Shown here in pieces: positions 40,264 to 51,684 of a stretch of DNA of 64,000 nucleotides; positions within the stretch are counted from its first letter, which is position 1, and every line of letters starts with the position of its first letter. Source of the DNA: Prorocentrum cordatum (Eukaryota); contig CAUYUJ010000329.1 of assembly GCA_963575745.1 (NCBI GenBank), positions 1-64,000 of the forward strand. The letters run 5' to 3'. The translations under genes and the position numbers were made by a program. The notes beneath the pieces are model-generated. The model was not told where the DNA came from, made no database searches, and saw nothing but the letters and a program-made list of their open reading frames with translations.

Positions 40264-42060
40264 ATTATCCCGGCGAAGGGCCCAACCATGTGCAGCTGTG
40301 TGTAACGCAGGTGTGGGTATCGTCCTCGGTGAGCCTCCCTCTGAGACCACGACGCGTGTGACGGGTGTGCCAACATTGGCACGGGTACGCCATGCGGACG
40401 TTGCCACAGGAGCCGTCGGTGCAGCCCCATCTGAGGCCACGAAACGCGTGAGGGGTGCGCCGAAATACAGGTTGGAACCACGTGCGGGCGCTGCCACCAG
40501 GGCCTTCGGTGGCCGCGAAACGTGGAAGGGGTGCGCCGAAATGGAGGGGGAACTGCATGCGGAACCTGCCACTGGGGCCCTAAGTGGAACACTCCATGGG
40601 GCCACGAAACGTGTGAGGGGTGCGCCGACATGGAGGGGGAGCTGCATGCGGACTTGCCACGGGGGCCTTGAATGGAGCACCCTATGGGGTAACGAAACGT
40701 GTGAGGGGTGCGCCGAAATGGAGGTGGACCTGCATGTGGACCCTGCCACTGGAGCCTACGGCGGAGGGGTGCGCCGAAATGGGGATGGAACTGCATGCTG
40801 ACCCTGCCACTGGGGCCTTCCGCTGAGCACCCTATGGGGCCACGAAACGTGTGAGAGGTGCGCCGAAATGGAGGTGGAACTGCATGCGGACCTTGCCACT
40901 GGGGCCTTCGGCGGAGCACCCTATGGGGCCACGAAACGTGTGAGGGGTGCGCCGAAATGGGGATGGAACTGCATGCGGGCCCTGCCACTGGGGTCATCGG
41001 CGGAACACAACATGGGGCCACGAAACGTGTGAAGGTGCGCCGACATGGGAGTGGAACTGCATGCGGACCCTGCCACTGGGGCCTTCGGCGGAGCACCCTA
41101 TGGGGCCACGAAACGTGTGAGGGGTGCGCCGAGATGGGGGTGGAACTGCATGTGGACCCTGTCACGAGGGCCTTCGACGGAGCACCCTATGGGGCCATGA
41201 AGTGTGTGAGGGGTGCACCGAAATGGGGGTGGAACTGCATGCGGACCCTGCCACTGGGGTCTTCGGCGGAGCACCCTATGGAGCCACGAAACGTGTGAGG
41301 GGTGTGCCGAAATGGAAGTGGAACTGCATGCGGGCCCTGCCTCTGGGGCCTTGGGCGGAGCACCCTATAGGGCCACGAAACGTGTCAGGGGTGCGCCGAA
41401 ATGGGGTGGAACTGCATGCGGACCCTGCCACTGGGGCCTTCGGCGGAGCACCCTATGGGGCCACGAAACGTGTGAGGGGTGCGCCGAAATGGGGGTGGAA
41501 CTGCATGCGGACCCTGCCACTGGTGCCTTGGGCGGAGCACCCTATGGGGCCACGAATGTGGAAGGGGTGCGCCGAAATGGATGTGGAACTGCATGCGGAC
41601 CCTGCCACTGGGGCCTTGGGTGGAGCACCCTATGGGGCCACGAAACGTGTGAGGAGTGCGCCGAAATGGAGGTGGAACTGCATGCGGACCCTGCCACTGG
41701 GGCCTTGGGTGGAGCACCCTATGGGGCCACGAAACGTGTGAGGGGTGCGCCGACATGGGGGTGGAACTGCATGCGGACCCTGCCACTGGGGCCTTGGGTG
41801 GAGCACCCTATGGGGCCACGAAACGTGTGAGAGGTGCGCCGAAATGGAGGTGGAACTGCATGCGGACCCTGCCACTGGGGCCTTTGCTGGAGCTCCCTAT
41901 GGAGCCACGAAACGCTGTAATGGGTGGGTGGAACGCAAGGAGGAGGGAGGAGAGGGAGGAGGAGGGAGGAGAGGGAGGGGGGAGAGGGCAGCGGGAGGTG
42001 GGAACGCGGGGCGCTGTCTCTTCAAAACGAGGACCCAACACCACAGGATGGTTGGGAAAA
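40264..42060 (+). mobile_element. Non-autonomous element carrying ~16 tandem ~89-bp repeats
   Basis: Unit gccactggggccttcggcggagcaccctatggggccacgaaacgtgtgaggggtgcgccgaaatgg..gtggaactgcatgcggaccct; unique ends shared with 35105-35845; 3' hairpin cccaac...gttggg. Confidence 0.85.
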
Positions 42061-42703
42061 AACATTCAGAACTCCAGAAGGTGGCTCGCGCCCGAAGTGG
42101 CATTGGAATTGCTCTTCGCACCGCCAGCGAGACTCTTGCGACTCACATGGATAACAAAAGCTTCGGAGGCTAAAATGTCCTCGTCGCGCTCTGCGTTCAG
42201 GTGCTGCAGAAACTCCTGCAGCAGCGCATACACTTCGCCTAAAACAGCACTGGGGGAAAACCTCGCAAGAGTCCCAGGGATATGGTTTGAAACGGCTCTT
42301 CATGAATTGTACCGACCACAGCCCAGTCAGCACGAACAAACAAAAGCTTGGTGGGGGCAAAGCAGGGCCTGTCAGTGTAGATGGCATTGGGTAACGTTTG
42401 TTTCAAAGGACTTGTCAGCTGGCCGTCATGTTCGACACGGTTTGCATACATGCTCCCATCCCAACCAGGTGGTTTCTACAATATTTGCAGGAACGGGTTG
42501 CCAGGAACTTATGCAGCGGGTCTGACGGTGCCGCCTCCAGGCCAGGCTTCACGACATTGTCCGAGAGAAAGAAATTCTTGACGCTTCGCGTATCCCCGCG
42601 GCCGTTAATTATCTGCTTCCTGCGCGCTGTGTCCCAGCCTCGTTCTTACCGCCCTCTGGACTTTTCCTTGCGGGCCGCGAATCAAAAAAATAGTCCACGC
42701 GGC

Positions 42704-42766
42704 TCCGAAGCCTTGGCTCAAGCCCTTTTGGCTCAAGCCTTTTAGCTCAAGCCGCTCTGGCTCACG
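42704..42766 (+). other. Tandem relict dinoflagellate spliced-leader sequences (3 clear + 1 degenerate)
   Basis: tccgaagccttggctcaag-cccttttggctcaag-ccttttagctcaag-ccgctctggctcacg compared with DinoSL DCCGTAGCCATTTTGGCTCAAG. Confidence 0.85.
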
Positions 42767-42871
42767 CGGGCCTCAGCGGCTGGTCGGGCCCCTGCCCTCC
42801 GGGCCTCGGCGTCCCTGCCCGCGGGGGCGTGCGAGGGGGTCGCCCCCCTCCGCGCCCCCGCTCGATCTGCC

Positions 42872-44640
42872 ATGATGTCGCGCTCGGCGCTGCGGCGGCG
42901 GCAGCGGCGCGCTGCCGCTGGCCGCGCCGCCGCCGCGGCCAGCCCGGCCGGCCGGCCGCCGCCGCGGCCTTCCTCGGCCCCTGGCGGCCCTGGCGTGGCC
43001 TGCGGCGCCGCCGCCGCGGCCGCCGCCGCCGCTGCCGCCGCCGCGTCCGTGGCGGCGGCCGGCCGCGGCGAGGCCGGCGCGGCCGCCGGCGCCGTGGCGC
43101 GCGCCGCTGCGCTTGGGCCGGCCGCTGCGGCCGCGGCCGCCGCGGGAGCGGCGGCCGCCGCCGTGGCCGCCGCGGCCGCGGGTGCCGCCGCGCCCGCTGT
43201 TGCCCCCGCCGCGGCTGGCGCTGCCGCTGCCGCCGCCGCGGCCGCCTCTGGCGGGCCGCTGGCGGCGGCCGCTGGCCGTGACGCTGGTGGCGCCCCGGCC
43301 GACGGGACCGCGCTCCGCATGCTGAACGCCGAGGTCGCGAACGGATGGCTGGCGAGGATGGCGACCACCGGGATGTCCTACCAGGACGGCCTCGCGGGCG
43401 GCGCATGGGGCGACTGGGCGCGGTACACGGACTCCCCGCTGCGCGCCTTCGCGAGCGAGTCGGACGTACGGTGCCTGGGTGCTTCTGGAACCCCGCTGAC
43501 TTCACCACGGACGGTGACGCCGCGGCCGCCGCCGCCGCACCGCCGCCGCGGCCGCCTCGGGCGGGCCGCCGCCGCCGCAGGCGGAGGCAGTGGCAGCTGG
43601 CCGTGGAGCAGCTGGCCCCCCGCTGCGCGCCTTCGAGGGCGCGTTGGGCGTGCCGGCGCCCGTCGGCTGCTGGGGCCCGCTCGGCCTTGCGCAGGACTGT
43701 GACGCGGATGTCTCCTACAGGAGGAGGTCCACCGAGAGCAAGCACGGCCGCATCGCCATGTTGGCTGCCAGGGGATACATCGCCCCGGAGTTCCTCCGGT
43801 GGCCGGGAGGTGTCGCCTGCGATGGGTTTGCATTCGGGGCCCTCAACGGGATCAAGGGGGACGGCATCGCGGTCCTTGAGAGGAGGATGCGCTCCCTGAG
43901 CGCGGAGCTGCCCAACGGCCGCCAAGCCATGATGGCCATCATCGGGAGTTTCCTCCAGGACGGCCTCACAGGCTCCGCCCGGGGCGACTGGGCGACCTAC
44001 ACGGATCCGCCGCCGCGCGCCGTCGAGAGCGCGTGGGGCCTGCAGACGCCCGTCGGCCATTGGGACCCGCTCGGCCTTGCAAAGGACGGCGGTGCGGACG
44101 TCTTCTACAGGAGGAGGTGCACCGAGATCAAGCACGGCCGCATTGCCACGTGGGCCGCCCTGGGGTGCATCGGGACGGACATCTTCCTGTGGCTGGGAGG
44201 TGTCGCCCTCGAGGGGCCTGCCGTTGCGAGTCTTCCGAAGGGCCTGAGCGCTCCGGGCAAGGTGTCTGGTGTCGACTGGGGGCAAACGCTCCTGTTCTAC
44301 GGCTCCCTCGAGCTTCGCGCGGCCAGGCAGGGCCCCGCGGATCCTCAGGGCAGGCTCAGCAGGACCGAGGCGGGCGTCGGAAAGTCGTACTTCGGGGCCC
44401 TCGGCTGGTTCAAGGGGGACGGCATCGAGGACCCTGAGAAGAACAAGCGGTCCCTGAGCGTGGAGCTGGCCGAAGGCCGCCTGGCCATGACGGCCATCAT
44501 CGGGATGTTCTTCCAGGACAACCTCACGGGCTCCGCCTGGGGCGACTGGGCGACCTACACGGAGTCGCCGCTGCGCGCCCTCGAGAGCGAGATGTGCGCG
44601 CAGGCGCCCGTCGGCAACTGGGGCCCGCTCGGCCTCGCGG
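42872..44640 (+). pseudogene. Chlorophyll a/c light-harvesting (acpPC/FCP-type LHC) polyprotein pseudogene
   Basis: Repeated EIKHGRIA, ELAEGRLAMTAIIGMFFQD.LTGSAWGDWATYT, SPLRA(F/L)E and PVG.WDPLG motifs; Ala-rich presequence containing AFLGP; no introns; frameshifts and internal deletions. Confidence 0.9.
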
Positions 44641-45200
44641 AGGTCCACGTTCACGACCGCGTCGGTGACGACCACGACCACGACGGCTACGAAGACGACC
44701 ACGACCACGTTTTCGACGGCGACAACCACGACCTCCACGGAGACTCGACCTCCCCCATGCGAGCACACATCGCCGACCCCTCCCTCTCCTCCGTCAATTT
44801 CCCAGATCTTGCGGCTATCGGCTGCGCCTCCCCCTCTCCCCCCCCTACTGCGCAGGGCACTCTCTCAGCAGGGCATGGGCACAGCCCACAGGTTGTGCCA
44901 TGTTCCCCCCGCGCCGTGCAAGGAGAGCCCCCCCAGGCTGAGGCTGAGGCCACCAACGACCCCCCCCCCTCCAGCAGGGCCAACAGGCCAGAGGAAAGGA
45001 GTTGGAAGTTTCGGGGGAGGTGGCGGAGGCCGTGGAAGCCGCGGAACATCCCCCTCTGGATAATCAGCCCGCCAGCAGTCCTCCGGGGGAGCCACGCGCT
45101 CGGCAGGGAGACCACAGAGCTGCCACCCAGACGCGGGACACCGAAGCCATGCGCCGGCTCGTCGAGAGAAATCTCTTCGCGCCTAACCATGAACCTCGGA

Positions 45201-45669
45201 GAATAACCCCCCAGGGATAGTAAAGTTCTGGGTTTTCGGGGAGATAATAAAAGTTGCCCGCCAGAGCCAGCATAAAAGATATATCAAGAGGAAAAAGCCG
45301 AAGATATCTTGAGGATTGTCTCGGTTGAGACATCCTCAACGAATTGCTTGTTTCGCCTGAGACATCCTCGAAATATTTGTCTGTTTCGCTTGAGGGATCT
45401 TCAATGTATTGCTTATTTCGCTTGAGACATCCTTGAGGGAGGAGGAGGAGAATGAGCAAGAGGAGGAGAGGAGAAGGAGATAGCAACAATCCAAAGTTTA
45501 AATATTTTTAGATTTAATTTTCAAACGCTTGAGGAACATTCAAATGTTTATGCTCGTGTAGGGTAGCTCGCGCGCCTCGTTTTCCCAGGATAACCAACCC
45601 CAGCGATAAACAAGTTCAGGGCGCCAGAGGGAGGAGGAGGAGGAGAAAGCGACAGAGAGACAGAGAGGG

Positions 45670-45733
<64 letters not shown>

Positions 45734-46023
45734 CAAAAAAAAAAACTGAGACAGAGAAACAAAGAAAAAGAGACAGAACTAACTACAAAGAGACAGAAGG
45801 ACATCGGTTTCGCTTGAGACATCCTGAAACAACGCGTTCGCTTCGCTTGATGTTGTTATCTCAACAGAAGAAGGAAGTAACCTCGATGGCGAGCTTTTCC
45901 CGCGATAATAATGAAGTTCGGCCTCCGCGCCCCCGCGCCCCCGACCAAACTCTTATTGGTCGACGATAAAGAACTCCAACTACTTAAGGGGGGTGCATTA
46001 TTATCGTGGGCATGGGGTTATTC
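45201..46023. mobile_element. AT-richer MITE-like insertion containing an (AG)n tract
   Basis: Inverted ends gaataacccc / ggggttattc; internal ttgagacatcct repeats; (AG)n at ~45675-45730. No clear TSD. Confidence 0.55.
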
Positions 46024-48169
46024 GCCCTCCGTCCCCTGACAGTGATCGGCTGCGCCACAGCTGCCGCAGCTGCTGCTGCAGCAGCAGCAGCGGCAGCCTG
46101 CCTCCCCCCGTTCCGTCGACTGAAGACAACGGTCCAGTAGGGAATCGACGTGCGGTTGAGGCAGAGGCCGCGATGCCACCCCCCATTTCGTGGTCAGACG
46201 ATGGTGTCCCGGTGGGGAATCGAAAGGAGGTTGCCAGCAGTGACCGGTGCACAGCTCACGCGAAAGTTCACCCCCTTCAGCTGTACCAGCAGGCCAGAGG
46301 AAAGGAACTTGAAGTCACTGCGGAGACGGCGGAGGCTGCGGAAGACGCGGAGTACCCCCCTCTGGTCAAACCGTCCGTCAGCAGTCCTCTGCGCCAGCAA
46401 GACAGAGGAATGGAGGGGGACGTCGCGGCGAAGACGGCGGAGGCTGCGGAAGCCGCGGGATTTCCCCCACAGTGCAACCAGTGCGCCAGCTGTCCACCGG
46501 GACGCAGTTTCCAGGGCGCGGCTCATACGAACGACCCTCGAGAGGAGGCAACATACAGTGACCAGTGTACGGCTCATCCTATCACGCATGTTCCCCCCGC
46601 AACAGGACAGGGTCAGGGCTCCCATCGTGGCATGCGCAGCTCAGCGAGGATCAGGCGCGACGGTCTGGCCTCTGCTCACGAATGTCCCCCATGGCAGGAC
46701 GCAGAAGCACCCGAGGTGGCATTTGGGGGCAGTGCCCCGAATCGCGATGTTGATCAGAGGGAGGAGATTAGCATTGGGGCGCAGACAAACGCGCTCTCGA
46801 GTAGAGGCCGAGGCACGGCGCAAGTTCCTCCATGCGACCAGGAAGGAAGCCTGGCAGGGAGGGAGCCCGACGACGCCTGCCCACAGATGCAGGACCTCCC
46901 AGCCCCTGAGGAAGAAAGAGGTGCGGCGCAGAGCAGCCCACATGGGGCGATGCATCACTCGTCAGAGCCTCCTACTGCGCAGGGCACTCTCGCAGCTGGA
47001 CATGGGCACAACCCACATCTTGGCACTGGCGAAGCGAAGGCCGACGCCGAAGCCGACGACGACGCCGACGCCGACGCCGACGCCGACGACGCCGACGTCG
47101 ACGACGTAGACGCCGACAACGACGCGGTTGTGACATGTTCCCCCGGCACCGCGCAAGGAGAGCATCCCCAGGCTGAGACTGAAGCAGACGACTCGGGCCA
47201 CTGTGCGCGGACGCCCAGTCCTGCGCAGGGCACTCACTGCAAGACATGGGCACAACTCCCATCCTGGCGCAGGCCTCCCCACTGGGAGCAGTTCCCCCCG
47301 CGCCGTGCCAGTCTGGCGGCCAGCCTTGAGGCCTGCGTCTCCCCACAAGGTCCTGCCAGGCATGCAGCTGGAGCTGACGCGAGCAGATCGCGAGTCCCCC
47401 AGCCAGGGCTGCGAGGCACTTGCGGTGGAAACTTGCGGCCAGGACACACGGCCACACCAGAGGCCCGACCCGCGGCAACGGCCAGAGCCCACAGACCCCC
47501 TCTCGGGGCTGCCGCTGTACAAAACAGGAATCAACAACATTCAGTGGGACCTCCCCGGGGAGACGCCCGGCGAAGCGATGCGACGACTCCAAGTCACACT
47601 AGGATCGATGTTCACCGGTGCCTGGCACGCTTTCGCCAAGCGGCAGTCTGTGCCCGGCAGCAAGGGCGCGCTCGACCCGCTTCGGCACGACCCGCAGTCC
47701 TGCCACCTCTTCCTGGAGTCCTTCCGCAGCCGCAAGGGCGACGTACGGGCCCTCAGCGACGCACTGGGCCTCAACGTCGACTGGGCCCGGCAGTGGCAGA
47801 TGCACCCGGGTCGGTGGCGCCCGGTTCACGCTGCCCCGCCCAGAGGAAAATGGCGGGAAGTCACGGCGGAAGCGACGGGGGCTGCGGAAGCTGCGGAGCA
47901 TCCTCTCTGAACTTCCCGCCCGTCTGCCGTCCTCTGTCTGGGCCACCCTCGCGGCGGGGAGTCCACGGGGCTGCCTTCCTGACACAGGCAGCCCTTCGGC
48001 CCTTTCTCAGGCCCATACGGGCGCACCGTCCCTTGTGTCGCTGCTGCCCGCATAAGTGGTATATCCTTGGCTGGCTCCTCCTTCCCCCGGCGGGCCCGGC
48101 CCGCTGATGGCAAGGTGGTTCCCCCTGCTCCTGCGACGGAGCACATCCAACGACTGGGGTTATGGTGTC

Positions 48170-49710
48170 GTGCGAGGGCTGCAGCGCCGCGGCCGACTGG
48201 GACCAGTGCTGGTGCTACGTGCAGGGCGGTCCCAGCCGGAACCAGGCCCTGGGCTCCATCGTGGTCGGCGAGACGCGCATGTAGGGTCCTCGGCTGTCTG
48301 TGTCGCTTGGCCCGCCTTCGCCTCCCCTTCCTCCAGTATTCATTTGATTTGCGGCTATCGGCTGCCCTCCCCCCCTCCTCCACGCACGCGGAGGTGCTGA
48401 ACATCCGACGACTGGCGGCCTTGTCTGGTGGCGTTTCCCCCCACCAGGCAGGCGCCTTCCCCCCTGACTACATTCCGACTGCGCCATGTGCCATGGAGTC
48501 GCACGAGGGCTGCAGCGCCATGGCGGACTGGGACCCGAGCTGGTGCTACATGCAGGGCGGTTCCACTTGCAACCAGGCCCTGAACTCCACCGTGGTCGGC
48601 GAGACGCGCAAGTGGCGCGAGTGCGGCTCCTACATCTGCATGACGGATTGGAATTTCGATGGCAATGCCGACGGGGTTATGGAGCCTACGAGGGCCGCAG
48701 CGCCGCGGCCGACTGGGACCAGAGCTGGTGCTACGTGCAGGGCGGTTCCAATTGCAACCAGGCCCCGGGCTCCACCGTGGTCGGCGAGACGCGCAAGTGG
48801 CGCGAGTGCGGCTCCTGCAACTGCATGGCGGAATGGAACTACGACTGCGATGCCGACGGGGTCATGGAGTCGTGCGAGGGCTGCAACGCCGGGCCGTCTG
48901 GGATCAGAGCTGGTGCTACGTGCAGGGCGGTTCCAACTGCAACCGGGCCCTGGACTCCACCATGGTCGGTGAGACGCGCAAGTGCGCGAGTGCGGCTCCT
49001 GCGACTGCATGACGGGTGGAACTACGTTGGCGATTCCGGCGCTGACGAGGGTTGCAGCGCCACGGCAGACTGGGACCAGAGCTGGTGCCACGTGCAGGGC
49101 GGCCCCAATTTCAACCAGTATCTGAACTCCACCGTGGTCGGCGAGACGCGTACTGGTGCGAGTGCGGCTCCGGCATTGGCATGACGGAGTGGAACTACGA
49201 TGGCGATGCCGACGGGGTTACGGAGTCGTACGTAGCTTGCAGCGCCACGGCCGACTGGGACCAGTGCTGGTGTTACGTGCAGGGCGGTTCCAATTGCAAA
49301 CAGTACCTTGAACTCCACCGTGGTCGGCGTGACGCGCAAGTGACGCGAGTGCGGCTCCTGCAACCGCATGACAGAGTGGGACCACGATGGCTTTGCCGAC
49401 GGGGTCATGGAGTCGTACGAGGGCTGCAGCGCCACGGCCGACTGGGACCAGAGCTGGTGCTACGTGCAGGGCGGTTCCTACTGCAACCAGGCCCTGGACT
49501 CCTCCGTGGTCGGCGGGACGCGCAAGCGGCGCGAGTGCGGCTCCCGCAATTGCATGACGGAGTGGAATCACGTTGGCGATGCTGTCGGGGCTATGGAGTT
49601 GTACGAGGGCTGCAGCGCCACGGTCGACTGGGACCAGAGCTGGTGCCACGTGCAGGGCGGTTTCAGCCGGAGCCAGGCCCTGGGCTCCACCATTGTCGAC
49701 GGGACGCGCA
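48170..49710 (+). pseudogene. Frameshifted tandem ~62-aa Cys/Trp-rich repeat protein (FN2/kringle-like WCY motif)
   Basis: About 8 units of ~186 bp reading CMTEWNYDGDADGVMESYEGCSATADWDQSWCYVQGGSNCNQALDSTVVGETRKWREC; the frame changes between units. Confidence 0.7.
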
Positions 49711-50943
49711 TGTTGGGTCCTCGGCAGTCTGTGTCGCCTGGCCCTACGCCTCTCCTTCCGTCATTATTCACCATCCCGCTGCTCGACGCCGACGACCTTC
49801 CCCCCAGACGCGCCCCTGGCCACGCTTTGTTGGGTCCTCGGCAGTCTATGTCGCCTGGCACACCTGCGCCTCTCCTTCCTCCAGTATTCACCAGATTTGC
49901 GGCTATCGGTTGCGCCCCTCCCCCCCTGCGGTGCTGAGCCCGCCAGTCGGCTTCCCCCCCACAGTGCTACGTCTTCGCGCACGCTCCAAAGTGGTCACTC
50001 CTTCCACGCGGCAGGGCGCGCCCGGTGGGGCACTGGCAGGTGTGCCGTGGAGGCTGGCTTCCTGTACAAGTGGTGCATCGTCGGCCTTCCCCCCTGTCTC
50101 GTCCTGGGCCACGCTCTGTTGGGTCCTCGGCAGTCAGTGTCGCCTGGCCTCCTTTCCGACCTCGCCATGTTGGGTCCTCACGTCATTTCCTCAGGTGCCT
50201 GGTTCAGTGGAACCCGCTGCGAGCGCTCCGTGAGTGAGACTCGAACACGTGAGGTGTTCTGTGAGTGAGGCCTGGTTTCCTCCCCCCCCCCTCGTCGCCG
50301 CCCTCTCTCCTCGCGTTGAGCTGGCGCCGTCTCGGCGACTCCTCACATTCTCGACGCTAAGATGCGTCTCCCTGAAGACGACGACCTGTATTGGGGCTGG
50401 TCGGGTTCCGCTTTGTACCGGCCCATGAATTTATTTTGTCGTGTTGAGCTGGCGCCGTCTCGGCGACTCCTCGCTTCCTCGACGCCAAGATGCGTCTCCC
50501 TGAATTTAATTCATTTTGATATGTGCATGTGCACTCCGGCGTTGGCTTTTGGCCCGCTGGCAATTATCTTGCGTGCTGCCCCATGCTCGATGCGACCCGT
50601 TCTCTGGAATCGTCCTTGGAGCCGCAGATCAAAAAAGTATCCCCGCGGCTGAGTCTTGCGAAGAAGTGCGGCAGTTGCGGGCAGGGTCGGGCCATGGTGA
50701 CCGTCAGCTCTGGTGCCTGCTTCAGCGCAGCTTCCCCCAGGTCGCCTCGCCCCATGGCAACGTTACACACTTGCTTGAACATGCGCCACACGTGCCCCGG
50801 GATGTGCAGCCAGCTCTGTATACTTGTGGATTTGCTTGTCCCTGGCTCAGTTTGGCGTACCTCAGGCGGCAACACTACCACCAGTGCAGCACCCTCCTAC
50901 ATTCCTCTACCTCGCTGGCGATGCTCACCACGCCGGCTGCCGC

Positions 50944-51140
50944 TGTGAATAGAACCCGTGTAATACCCTCATATATACTCCTTATCCTTACCTCTCCTGC
51001 GCCTGGCCGTTTGGGCTCAGGTATTGGGGCAGATCGATCAGACCTTTGATCGTGCAGGAGGGAAAGACATCCATCTATCCCTCCTTCCCTCTACCAACGG
51101 ATCAGGGGTTCTGTACCCTTGTACTTCAACCCCATACACA
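50944..51140 (+). repeat. Candidate 5' LTR (197 bp) of the copia element
   Basis: Starts TGTG and ends CACA, with TATATA at 50972-50977, and sits immediately before a PBS-like motif. The 3' LTR is outside the window, so this is unconfirmed. Confidence 0.6.
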
Positions 51141-51153
51141 GGTTATCAGCCCT
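51141..51153 (+). promoter_or_regulatory. Primer-binding site, half-tRNA (Ty5/copia, Hemivirus) type
   Basis: GGTTATCAGCCCT directly after ...ACA; one mismatch to GGTTATGAGCCCT, the complement of the initiator tRNA-Met anticodon stem-loop used by Ty5. Confidence 0.65.
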
Positions 51154-51684
51154 TTAAAGCTCCCCTTTCACCGAACCGCGCGTTGCGACCTCGCACGCGG
51201 TCTCGATGGGGCCCCTGCGGCGCATGCGCCGCAAGGGGTCCATCGGGGCCTCGCGTCCGAGCTCTCCGACGGCGCGACGGCTCGGTGACGAGTTGGAGAG
51301 CCTTAGTGCGGACTGTGTTGGTGTTCCAGATACCCCCCCCCCCCAGCTCCGACGGACCCGAGGCGCGGCTAGCTGCTGAGCTTCACCGCAGCGCCGCCCG
51401 CGGGGGGACAGGAGAAGGAGTAGGAACAGGAAGGAAGGAGTTCCACACGCCTACCTTCGATCCTCCATCCCCTCCCCCGTCGGGAGCAATCCCAACCGCG
51501 TCAGGCGAAAGCCTCACTGGTCATGACACTCCAGGGCGCTTTCGCGCTAACCGCCGATGGACCTCAGGTGCTGGTACCCCCAGCCCTGCGACCGTCCCCG
51601 TGGCGGAGCACGTAGCCACCTTCGAGGAACTCAGTAGACCAGTGGCGGCACAGCCGCAGACGCAGTACCCCAAGGTATCATCGG

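Larger units (their letters stand above)
39300..42500 (-). mobile_element. Decayed 3' part of a LINE (RNase H-like + C-terminal Cys motif) with nested insertions
   Basis: AIYTDRPC...VRADWAVV (~42320-42390) resembles the RNase H start YTDGS...RAGWAVV. After removing 40264-42060 the sequence continues to a PAHH...SNE segment. CIRCGMCASGQPKRLGLPC lies at ~39380-39440. Confidence 0.5.

Noticed and set aside
40400..42060. Hammerhead ribozyme/retrozyme in the tandem units (CGAAAC present)
   Set aside because: No CTGANGA core found at a compatible position.
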